From positions 46,325 through 66,324 of IMG/VR virus record IMGVR_UViG_3300042338_000192: a stretch of DNA of 20,000 nucleotides; one strand, written 5' to 3'. Below the pieces are notes generated by a model. That model did not search any database and was not told the DNA's origin. It was given only the letters and a program-made list of their open reading frames with translations. The DNA comes from an uncultured virus (IMG/VR IMGVR_UViG_3300042338_000192). Taxonomy: Duplodnaviria > Heunggongvirae > Uroviricota > Caudoviricetes. Every line of letters begins with the position of its first letter. Within the stretch, counting starts at the first letter, position 1. The translations under genes and the position numbers were made by a program. Below are positions 1 to 7,459 of this stretch, piece after piece.

Positions 1-28
1 ATTAAATTTAAATACATTTAATACAAAA

Positions 29-2806
29 ATGATAACGGCTAGTGTTTCTAAAATAGAACGCAGTGAAATCGGAGTATTGGTACCTACAACAATAACTTTT
101 AGCACTCCTTACGCATCGGCGACTCACCAGTGGACAATAGCTGGCGTTGTGCAGACAGATACGAGCAACTCGATTACAGTATCAACTACGAATGCTTCAA
201 TGGCTACGAGTGTAAAAGTTGTAGACGCGACGACATTTTCAATAATGAGCGATTCATTAACAATTCCGTTCACTCAATTAAAAACAACTTCATTTACCAG
301 TACTATATTTAAACGTAGTATTTTAAAACCTGATACACCAACAGACGGCTCTTTCTTACTACCTGTACCTTCCGGCTGGTCTGATGGCATACCGGAAGAC
401 AATGGCACCAACCTGACAGTATGGATGAGTAGTCGTTTATTTACAAGTGATGGAGAATCACCTCAAGCGCTAGTATGGAAAACACCTACTGAATTGGTCT
501 CTACATCAGATACAAAACTAGAGTTTAGTGTAGACGGTTCTACAAACTGGCATCCAATTGGTGTACCATTAGATCAATACATGCGAACCACCGTCACAGC
601 AAATGGTGAAGCAACAGTATCAATTGTTAAGATAAGAGGAGAGAATGGTTCTCCAGGTGCAGTAGGGCAAGGCCAAGTTAATGGGATATGCTTCAACCGA
701 AGTGCAACCCCATTGGTTGATAGACCTGCAGGTGGTACATTTAGCAGTCCAGCTGCTACAGGTTGGTCGGATGGGGTGCCTGCTGGTACCGATCAATTAT
801 ATATGGCAACCAGAATCTTCACTAGTGATGGCTTACCTCCGCATTCAGCTGTATGGTCATTTCCTGTTGCAATCTCAAAAGATGGCACTAGTGGTACTAT
901 ACGCTTTACTTATAGTTCTGCTACAAATGCTCCAACGCTTCCAGCATCATCTACGCAGACTGCCACAGGGTGGGGGCCTATTCCTGATACAACGACAATT
1001 TGGATGAGCCAGCAAGTGAATACTTTAAGTGCCACAGGAGTTGTATTATCATATGGTACATGGTCTACCCCTTCTAAAATTAAAGGCGAGAAAGGAGATC
1101 AAGGCTTATCTATAAAAGGCGATACAGGCGATTCAGTAGATATTATTTTTAGACGAAGTGCAGCAGCGCCCTCTGTTGTAGGCGCACCGGCTAATTGGTA
1201 TTCTAATGTCGATCTAGTGCCTGATAGCACAGAGCCGATGTGGTCATCCGTTGGCTATAAACTATTAGGCGCGAGTAGTTTTACATGGAATACTCCAATT
1301 AAGATTGAAGGATCAAGTATTGCGGAAATTACCATTTATACAAGAGGGGCGCCATCTACTACTCCTTCCGGAGGTTTATACAGTTTTAGTAGTGGGAATA
1401 CTCTGGTGACCATGCCAACTTCGACGGGAGCGACATGGAGTTACGCAATACCCGCAGGAACTACCCCAGTTTATACCTCAAGGGCGGTTGTATCTGCGCG
1501 TGCAGGCTATGTAGGTAATATTGCAGTTACAGGATGGACAACACCTGTAGTCAGTATGAAAGATGGTATCGATGGTAGTCCTTCTACAGTTCCAGGTCCA
1601 TCAGGTAAAACTGCAAAAAGGTTATACTACAAACAACTATATACTGGTTATGAGCCTCAAACACCTATGGCGTCTACAGATGGCGCATTGCCAGCAATAG
1701 CCTACGATTTGTTTTGGAATATTATAACTTGGTCAGAAACACCTTATACTGTAGCTACTGGGGAGAAGCAATGGCAGACTGATGCGATATATCAGCCAAA
1801 TGGAGACTACCAAAATACAGTGTGGGGTGTACCTTATCTTAGTTTATTTAAAGTTGGCAGCCTAGAGGCCATAACAACATTTACAGGAGAGTTAAAATCT
1901 ACATCTGGAACGGGAGAACGGTTAACTATTAATGAAGATAGAACTAGTCATGAGTTTAGAACGTATTCAAATACTAATAACTTATTATTTTCCGCCGGAG
2001 ATAGCGTTATTGGCGACTATACAGTTGTATACGCAAATCCAGCAGGGTCTGCTGAACAACCTGTTAGGATAGCTTACCAAGCAAAGATAAGGCACCCGAG
2101 TGATTTCGTAAATAGAGCGGGTGTAGGTATGGAAACGATGTTTTGGGGTCATAATGGGAAACCGGACGTCAACGGCAGTACTTTAATACGTATGGGCGAA
2201 ACAGGTTATTATCTAAATAATGAGTTTTGTAGAGCTTTTAACGTAACTTACAGTTCAGAGGCTGGAAATAATGCTTTCCAAGTTAGTTTAGGTTCACATG
2301 CTTCTTACGGCACCAGTGGAGCGGATACCGCTCAGTACGCAGGATACTTTGCCAGTCAGTTTAATATGTCACCTGGCTCTACTCGAACTTCAGTTTATAT
2401 ATGCGACCCCTCATATGCGCTCAGAGCCTCTGGGAATGTATATGTAACTGGAAATATAACTGCTACTGCGAATATAACGGCATACAATGGTTCAGATAAA
2501 AGATTGAAACATAATATTGTATTAATTTCAAATCCCATTGAAAAACTATCTAAAATAAATGGATATACTTTCACCTGGAATGATGACTATTACGCTAAGC
2601 AAAATCAAGACCTATTCAAGCGAAATGATATAGGTGTAATTGCTCAGGAAATAATGGAAGTTATTCCGGAAGCTGTTCATGAAAAAGATGATGGATTTCT
2701 TGGTGTAGATTACCAGAAGATTATACCATTATTAATTGAAGCTATAAAAGAGCAACAATTGCAAATAGAGGAGCTACGTAATGACATTACCCGTCTCTCC
2801 GAATAG
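29..2806 (+). CDS. Tail fibre with internal repeats and C-terminal intramolecular chaperone (peptidase S74); probably 5'-truncated by the window edge
   Basis: C-terminus SDKRLKHNI...INGYTFTWN...IGVIAQEI.EVIPEAV...VDYQKIIPLLIEAIKEQQ matches the S74 chaperone pattern. About 6 degenerate repeats (F.RS...P..P..G....GWSDG.P.....WM..R.F......W..P) are joined by short Gly-X-Y linkers. The frame is open from base 2 and there is no SD before ATG29. Confidence 0.85.
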   Translation: MITASVSKIERSEIGVLVPTTITFSTPYASATHQWTIAGVVQTDTSNSITVSTTNASMATSVKVVDATTFSIMSDSLTIPFTQLKTTSFTSTIFKRSILKPDTPTDGSFLLPVPSGWSDGIPEDNGTNLTVWMSSRLFTSDGESPQALVWKTPTELVSTSDTKLEFSVDGSTNWHPIGVPLDQYMRTTVTANGEATVSIVKIRGENGSPGAVGQGQVNGICFNRSATPLVDRPAGGTFSSPAATGWSDGVPAGTDQLYMATRIFTSDGLPPHSAVWSFPVAISKDGTSGTIRFTYSSATNAPTLPASSTQTATGWGPIPDTTTIWMSQQVNTLSATGVVLSYGTWSTPSKIKGEKGDQGLSIKGDTGDSVDIIFRRSAAAPSVVGAPANWYSNVDLVPDSTEPMWSSVGYKLLGASSFTWNTPIKIEGSSIAEITIYTRGAPSTTPSGGLYSFSSGNTLVTMPTSTGATWSYAIPAGTTPVYTSRAVVSARAGYVGNIAVTGWTTPVVSMKDGIDGSPSTVPGPSGKTAKRLYYKQLYTGYEPQTPMASTDGALPAIAYDLFWNIITWSETPYTVATGEKQWQTDAIYQPNGDYQNTVWGVPYLSLFKVGSLEAITTFTGELKSTSGTGERLTINEDRTSHEFRTYSNTNNLLFSAGDSVIGDYTVVYANPAGSAEQPVRIAYQAKIRHPSDFVNRAGVGMETMFWGHNGKPDVNGSTLIRMGETGYYLNNEFCRAFNVTYSSEAGNNAFQVSLGSHASYGTSGADTAQYAGYFASQFNMSPGSTRTSVYICDPSYALRASGNVYVTGNITATANITAYNGSDKRLKHNIVLISNPIEKLSKINGYTFTWNDDYYAKQNQDLFKRNDIGVIAQEIMEVIPEAVHEKDDGFLGVDYQKIIPLLIEAIKEQQLQIEELRNDITRLSE

Positions 2807-4619
2807 TATCTCATTATCACAGGTTAATATAGAGTTAGGTCTTACAAGTAATACAGCTATCAATATGAATGATACAGCAGTCAGGGCTCTCTTTGGAAGA
2901 ACTTCAGGGACAATTTCTATGTCTGATGGGTGGGGAAAGAGTAGTGTTGTAAAACTTGGGACACCTACATTTACGGCGGCTACGGGTGGCGCAGGTACTG
3001 TTTCGTTTACATGGAATGCGATTACTAGCGCCACAAGTTATGATGTTACATTCAACGGCACTACCACAAATCAAACAAGCACGACATTTGCTAGAACAAG
3101 TGGAGTCAATGCCGGTTTATATGCCTTATCTGTAGTGGCTAAAGCAACTGGCTTCACGAGTTCAGATGCCGGTGTATCCACCACTGTCAATGTAACCTCA
3201 CCTAAATTAGCGACCCCGCTATATTCAGTAGTAGCTGGTGGTGTTAACTCGGTATCTTTCGCATGGACTGCAGTCTCTAATGCTACAAGTTATGATGTGA
3301 CGTTTAATGGCAATACTACAACTCAAACTGGTCTTACATTTAACATCGCATCGGGCGTTGCCGCAGGGACTTACTCTTTGAGTGTTGTGGCCAAGGCCGC
3401 AAACTACACTAACTCAGATGCTGCTACATCTGGTAATATAATCGTAACAAATGCTAAACTCTCTACACCTTCGTTTACGGCGGCCACCGGTTCAGTCAAT
3501 CAAGTATCATTTACATGGAGTGCAGTTACAAACGCTACAAGTTATGATGTGACGTTTAATAGTGTAACAACTACTCAGACTAGCACAACATTTACAAGCG
3601 TTAATACTTTGACCCCGGGCACATATTATCTTTTTGTTAAAGCGAAAGCAGCCAACTATCCCGATTCAGATGTCGGTACCAGTTCTGCCGTTGCAACCGC
3701 AACGAACGTCCTAGGTACTCTAAATGTATCAGTCAGTGGCATAAATTCAGGTTCTGCCACGGTCTCTTTGACCTATACAGGGACGTATTCTATAGGTACT
3801 TACTACATTGATTTATTCCCTTCATTATCTAATACGGGAACACCGCTCGCCAGTTATAGCGGCGCAAGCTCAACACACGTATTTTCTGGCCTAGCTGCTT
3901 CCACAAAATATTATGTCGATGTAGCGGCACAATTCAGTACAGGGGGTGGCTTTAACAAAGGAATGAATGAGACCGATACTTTCACAACGATCGCGTCAGC
4001 CACGCCTCCCTCAGCCACTGTAATCACAGCGGGAACACGTACCGCACGTGCTACTGGGAATGCCTTCCCAACATGGTATTCATTCACCCCAACCACGAGT
4101 GGAAGTTATACATTTGTATTAACATCTGCAGTAGATCCTTTTGTTGAAATTTATGATAGTAGTGGTATGACCATCCAATTTAGTGATGATGATTCGGCTT
4201 ACCTTAATAACTCGCAAGCGACCGGCACCTTAGCCGCTAACACCACGTATCTCATAAAGGCAAGGGCATTTAGTCCGCCCAACAGCGGTGCGCACGCGTT
4301 ATCGATTTATGGTGGAAGTTGTACAGCTATTACGACCACAGGCACGACTCAAGGCGCTGTTGCCGTAGCCACTTCGAACGTGACTTACAGATTCACCCCA
4401 GCTGTCGGGAAGACGTATCAATTTGCTTTGACCGGTGCAATCGGAGATAACTTTATGCTGATGTATGATTACACGGGCACTTTGCTAATTCAAGACGACG
4501 ATTCAGGTGGCGCAGGTTCCGCGCTATTCTCGTACGGTTGCTTAGCTGGTCAAGATTATTATATAAAATGTATGGGTTACAGCAGTCAAACAGGTGTATT
4601 TAATTTAACAATAACATAG
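2781..4619 (+). CDS. Putative tail-tip adhesin / receptor-binding protein with FN3-like repeats and two PPC-like domains
   Basis: Overlaps the fibre gene; SD GAGGAG. N-terminal LP....ISLSQVNIELG...VRALFG..SGTISMSD.WGKS. Three 84-aa repeats (KL.TP...VSF.W.A...ATSYDVTFN...Y.L.V.AKA), a fourth FN3-like unit (FSGLAASTKYY) and two C-terminal Y.FTP...Y.F...D....YD..G....DDDS units. Confidence 0.7.
   Translation: MTLPVSPNSISLSQVNIELGLTSNTAINMNDTAVRALFGRTSGTISMSDGWGKSSVVKLGTPTFTAATGGAGTVSFTWNAITSATSYDVTFNGTTTNQTSTTFARTSGVNAGLYALSVVAKATGFTSSDAGVSTTVNVTSPKLATPLYSVVAGGVNSVSFAWTAVSNATSYDVTFNGNTTTQTGLTFNIASGVAAGTYSLSVVAKAANYTNSDAATSGNIIVTNAKLSTPSFTAATGSVNQVSFTWSAVTNATSYDVTFNSVTTTQTSTTFTSVNTLTPGTYYLFVKAKAANYPDSDVGTSSAVATATNVLGTLNVSVSGINSGSATVSLTYTGTYSIGTYYIDLFPSLSNTGTPLASYSGASSTHVFSGLAASTKYYVDVAAQFSTGGGFNKGMNETDTFTTIASATPPSATVITAGTRTARATGNAFPTWYSFTPTTSGSYTFVLTSAVDPFVEIYDSSGMTIQFSDDDSAYLNNSQATGTLAANTTYLIKARAFSPPNSGAHALSIYGGSCTAITTTGTTQGAVAVATSNVTYRFTPAVGKTYQFALTGAIGDNFMLMYDYTGTLLIQDDDSGGAGSALFSYGCLAGQDYYIKCMGYSSQTGVFNLTIT
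3030..3560 (+). repeat. Three intragenic repeat units with 252-bp period; cores of copies 2 and 3 identical over 27 nt
   Basis: GCTACAAGTTATGATGTGACGTTTAAT at 3282-3308 and 3534-3560; diverged copy GCCACAAGTTATGATGTTACATTCAAC starting at 3030. Confidence 0.9.
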
Positions 4620-4627
4620 GAAAAATT

Positions 4628-4810
4628 ATGAGTTATATCACATCCAGATTAAGAGAGCCATCTACATGGTTCGGTATTATTTCAGCTACATTAGCTATCT
4701 TAAGTTCATTTAAAGTGTTAGTATTAACACCTGAAGAAATGGATAGTTTACTCGCGCTGTCGGTTGCCGTTTTGGGTGGCGGCAGTATCACGTCTAAAGA
4801 TCCTGAATAA
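4628..4810 (+). CDS. Putative holin (60 aa, two hydrophobic segments)
   Basis: RLREPSTWFGII N-terminal motif, two predicted TM helices, position directly after the tail genes. Confidence 0.6.
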   Translation: MSYITSRLREPSTWFGIISATLAILSSFKVLVLTPEEMDSLLALSVAVLGGGSITSKDPE

Positions 4811-4825
4811 AAAGGGAAAAAACAC

Positions 4826-5494
4826 ATGGCGAAAAAATCTAGACGTACTGAAGAAAACGTTGTAGAACCCACTACTGAAAAGGACTTACAGCTTTTAACA
4901 GATGCACAGAAAAGATATTTAAATTCCATCAAATCAAATATAATAACATTTGGTGTTGGGGTTGCTGGTACAGGTAAATCATATGTAGCATTATCATATG
5001 CTGCTCAATTACTACAGAACAAACGAATATCAAAGATCATTGTTACAAGGCCTGCGGTAGAAGCCGGTGAATCATTTGGATACTTACCAGGAGAGCTTGA
5101 GGAAAAATATGCTCCCTACATTGATCCAATAAAAGATATATTAAACAAAAGATTAGGTCATTCATTTACAGATTACTTATTTAAACGTAAAGTAATTGAA
5201 GCAAGACCATTGGCATTTATCAGAGGAAGTACATTTGAAAATACATTCGTATTATTAGATGAAGCTCAAAATTGTACTCCTGCTCAAATGAAAATGTTCT
5301 TAACTAGAATTGGTGAGAATACTAAAGTAGTTATTGATGGTGATATACAACAGAAAGATATTAAAGGTAATTCAGGATTAGCTGATGCTATTACTAGATT
5401 ACATGGTATTAATAAAGTTGGTATAGTTACTTTTGATGTTGATGATATTGTACGTAGTGGTATCTGTAAAGAAATTGTGAAAGCCTATTTGTAA
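4826..5494 (+). CDS. phoH: PhoH-family ATPase
   Basis: GVAGTGKS Walker A, TRPAVEAGESFGYLPG, PLAFIRGSTF, LLDEAQN, MFLTRIGEN, GDIQQKD, DIVRSG. Confidence 0.95.
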   Translation: MAKKSRRTEENVVEPTTEKDLQLLTDAQKRYLNSIKSNIITFGVGVAGTGKSYVALSYAAQLLQNKRISKIIVTRPAVEAGESFGYLPGELEEKYAPYIDPIKDILNKRLGHSFTDYLFKRKVIEARPLAFIRGSTFENTFVLLDEAQNCTPAQMKMFLTRIGENTKVVIDGDIQQKDIKGNSGLADAITRLHGINKVGIVTFDVDDIVRSGICKEIVKAYL

Positions 5495-5502
5495 AATTTG
5501 AG

Positions 5503-5531
5503 ATGCCCTGACTACGGTTGGGGCATTTATT
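5503..5531 (+). terminator. Rho-independent terminator after phoH
   Basis: ATGCCCTGAC-TACG-GTTGGGGCAT: 10-bp stem (2 G.U), C(UACG)G tetraloop, then TTATT. Confidence 0.8.
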
Positions 5532-5770
5532 CGCACAGGAACGGGGGTAGACGTGGCGACTGAGTGGCCAGCTATACGACAGGCATGGGGCAGCCTCAGC
5601 GTGGCAGAGACGGGCAGATTTCACACCTCTCAAAGTTGGGCGTGTGTGGGCCGCCTGAGACGGGGGCATCACTGAGGGGGCAGCGTGCCGTCCGCGTGCC
5701 GTGTAGGGCAGTTTCTGGTCGCAGAACTGGCACTCTCAGTGCGGGGCGTGTCGCAGTTTTCAGCACCGAA
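5532..5770. other. GC-rich non-coding island at the late/early junction (candidate terminal-repeat or packaging region, or structured RNA)
   Basis: Hand count 147/230 G+C (~64%) over 5531-5760 in an otherwise AT-rich window. Many short repeats (GAGACGGG, GGGGCAGC, GGGCGTGT, CGTGCCGT, GTCGCAG). Confidence 0.55.
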
Positions 5771-5813
5771 CCCGTTGAATTAACCCTTCAGACGTCCCCC
5801 CTCAATTAACCCT
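5771..5813 (+). promoter_or_regulatory. Tandem AATTAACCCT motif (motif B, copies 1 and 2)
   Basis: CCCGTTGAATTAACCCT (5771-5787) and CCCCCTCAATTAACCCT (5797-5813); the first is 16/17 identical to 13459-13475. Confidence 0.55.
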
Positions 5814-5847
5814 TTAGTCATTATCCATTAATTGTTAATTCCTAATA

Positions 5848-5897
5848 CGGAAATAATGGTATCTTATATGATAATCAATATCGATTATTATAACTAA
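5848..5897 (+). promoter_or_regulatory. Early promoter-plus-hairpin element (motif A, copy 1)
   Basis: CGGAAATAATGGTATCTTATATGA, running into hairpin GATAATC-AATATC-GATTATT, then AACTAA; 21/24 identical to 6386-6409; directly upstream of SD AAGGAG and ATG5908. Confidence 0.7.
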
Positions 5898-5907
5898 GGA
5901 GTATATC

Positions 5908-6051
5908 ATGAAACACAATAGAGTAACACCTATCCAACAATTAGCGCTAATAAACTCTAAGGGTGTGCCATTCCCTTTCCGTAAAAAGAAAGAGAAAAAC
6001 TCAGAAGCCTTTGATACCTTTCTTAAGGCAGCTTTGAAGGAGCAAAAATGA
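5908..6051 (+). CDS. Small basic early protein (47 aa, MKHNRVTPIQ...), not in the ORF track
   Basis: Strong SD TAAGGAG; TGA overlaps ATG6048 (ATGA coupling). Confidence 0.7.
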   Translation: MKHNRVTPIQQLALINSKGVPFPFRKKKEKNSEAFDTFLKAALKEQK

Positions 6052-6350
6052 AAAGTACAGTAATGTTTGTAATTGAAAACAATTTAGATATCGATATCCG
6101 ACACCACGTCCCCTGGGACTATGAAGAAGTCGATGCAGAGGATTACTCTGCAGTGATTAATATCTTAGATGCGGCTAATACGCGCGTGCGTATTGGCAAT
6201 GTTGTCCAGTACACGTGGGACAACGTCACGTGGGTAGGTAGAGATGTTGATAGTCTAGCAGCTATGCTAGAGAAGTTGAATGGAGATGACTTCAAACTAT
6301 GTGTCTTAACGGAAGGGCATATTTACCAGCAGGGGGTGCTGGTGCTTTAA
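6048..6350 (+). CDS. Hypothetical acidic early protein (100 aa)
   Basis: SD AAGGAG, ATGA overlap with the upstream ORF, followed by a terminator. Confidence 0.75.
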   Translation: MKSTVMFVIENNLDIDIRHHVPWDYEEVDAEDYSAVINILDAANTRVRIGNVVQYTWDNVTWVGRDVDSLAAMLEKLNGDDFKLCVLTEGHIYQQGVLVL

Positions 6351-6353
6351 CAC

Positions 6354-6380
6354 AGGGATGGTCTTCGGACTATCCCTTTT
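6354..6380 (+). terminator. Rho-independent terminator
   Basis: AGGGATGGTC-TTCG-GACTATCCCT: 10-bp stem, C(UUCG)G loop, T-tract. Confidence 0.9.
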
Positions 6381-6385
6381 AAACG

Positions 6386-6433
6386 CGGAAAAAGAGGTAT
6401 CTTATATGAAGTACAATAAGGTACCTCAACTAA
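6386..6433 (+). promoter_or_regulatory. Early promoter-plus-hairpin element (motif A, copy 2)
   Basis: CGGAAAAAGAGGTATCTTATATGA, running into hairpin GAAGTAC-AATAAG-GTACCTC, then AACTAA; lies right after a terminator and before the next gene cluster. Confidence 0.7.
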
Positions 6434-6458
6434 CTTAATTAAAATCAAAGGTAATAAA

Positions 6459-6611
6459 ATGAACTCAATTCAACAAGCAAAAGCAGCAGTCTATTCTGAA
6501 TTAGAAGCAATGAAAATTGCTCATGATGAAAGTATCAAAGCTCTAGACAACAATGTAGAAGATCAAATGGCCGCAATCATGGCTACAATCGCAGCAATGC
6601 AATCTAACTAA
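6459..6611 (+). CDS. Small Ala/Met-rich helical early protein (50 aa, MNSIQQAKAA...), not in the ORF track
   Basis: SD-like AAAGGT (same as the next gene); clean ORF filling the gap after motif A copy 2. Confidence 0.7.
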   Translation: MNSIQQAKAAVYSELEAMKIAHDESIKALDNNVEDQMAAIMATIAAMQSN

Positions 6612-6624
6612 AAGGTAAATCAAA

Positions 6625-6876
6625 ATGAAATTAATTAAAATTGCATGTGTAATAGTAGAATTAAATCTTCTTAATGACTCTGAATTAACAGGTCAAGTTT
6701 ATGAAGGAAAAAGAAATAACTCTGAAGTAACAGCAATATATCCGCCTGATGGAAATCCCTGGGCTATTGTTAGCACACTCGACGTAGGAGAAGCTGGCTA
6801 TCTTATTTGGATGCATGAAGGCTCAGACCTACGTATATCTGAAAAAGGCATTTATTCATTCAAAATTAATCTTTAA
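6625..6876 (+). CDS. Hypothetical protein (83 aa)
   Basis: AAAGGT SD-like site; packs directly after the 6459-6611 ORF. Confidence 0.65.
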   Translation: MKLIKIACVIVELNLLNDSELTGQVYEGKRNNSEVTAIYPPDGNPWAIVSTLDVGEAGYLIWMHEGSDLRISEKGIYSFKINL

Positions 6877-6905
6877 TAACTTCACATTCCAAGAGGAAGC
6901 TTACA

Positions 6906-7187
6906 ATGAGCGAACTAAGCAAAGTTTTAGATGTAGTGGCCCCAGTATCAGCTGGATATCTCGCAGGCTCTTACGTAGCTGCGCAAGCGCCAATAATAAT
7001 TGCAGAAGTAGCTTCTGTAGTTGTTACACGAACAGCCTTACAAGTAGGTGCACAAACGATTGTTACACCGTTTGCGACAGCTGCTGCAACAGGAACAGCT
7101 GTTGTATTAAACCCTATTGTAGCAGGGGTAGTTGTTGGCTTTGCTGTATACACTTTATTTGATGCATTATTTGGAGAAAAGAAATGA
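6906..7187 (+). CDS. Hypothetical Ala/Val-rich membrane protein (93 aa)
   Basis: GAGG SD; strongly hydrophobic, C-terminal PIVAGVVVGFAVY helix; ATGA overlap with the next gene. Confidence 0.7.
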   Translation: MSELSKVLDVVAPVSAGYLAGSYVAAQAPIIIAEVASVVVTRTALQVGAQTIVTPFATAAATGTAVVLNPIVAGVVVGFAVYTLFDALFGEKK

Positions 7188-7459
7188 TACCATTAGTATT
7201 ACTTGTTGGTTTGGGTGCCTTAGTTTTAAACAAACTAGAAGACTCAAGAACACCTGCTGAGACCGCTATTGAGGCTCAAGTGGAAATTGTAACATCAACT
7301 ATAGCTGCTACAGCAGTTGTAATTGGAGCTGTTGCAGTTGTAACAATGCCAGTTGGAATCAACAGCTGGTATATGTATCACTATTTGCTTAATATCGGGA
7401 GGCTAGTGTTTGACATTATACTCATTGTACCATTCCTTTTAGGAGGGTTGTTACTATGA
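7184..7459 (+). CDS. Hypothetical multi-pass membrane protein (91 aa)
   Basis: GGAG SD, about 3 hydrophobic segments, ATGA overlaps on both sides. Confidence 0.65.
   Translation: MIPLVLLVGLGALVLNKLEDSRTPAETAIEAQVEIVTSTIAATAVVIGAVAVVTMPVGINSWYMYHYLLNIGRLVFDIILIVPFLLGGLLL

Noticed and set aside
2781..4619. Diversity-generating retroelement target in the adhesin repeats
   Set aside because: No reverse transcriptase in the window, and differences between repeats are not adenine-specific.
5532..5770. tRNA, tmRNA or CRISPR array in the GC island
   Set aside because: No T-loop/cloverleaf pattern and no regularly spaced identical repeats with spacers.
5778..5800. Bona fide T3 promoter or vector contamination
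   Set aside because: Only AATTAACCCT matches; CACTAAAGGG is absent in every copy.
5564..5809. 81-aa + strand ORF (and the 5427-5672 minus ORF) across the GC island
   Set aside because: No SD, non-ATG start and composition unlike the phage's genes; an open frame is expected in GC-rich DNA.
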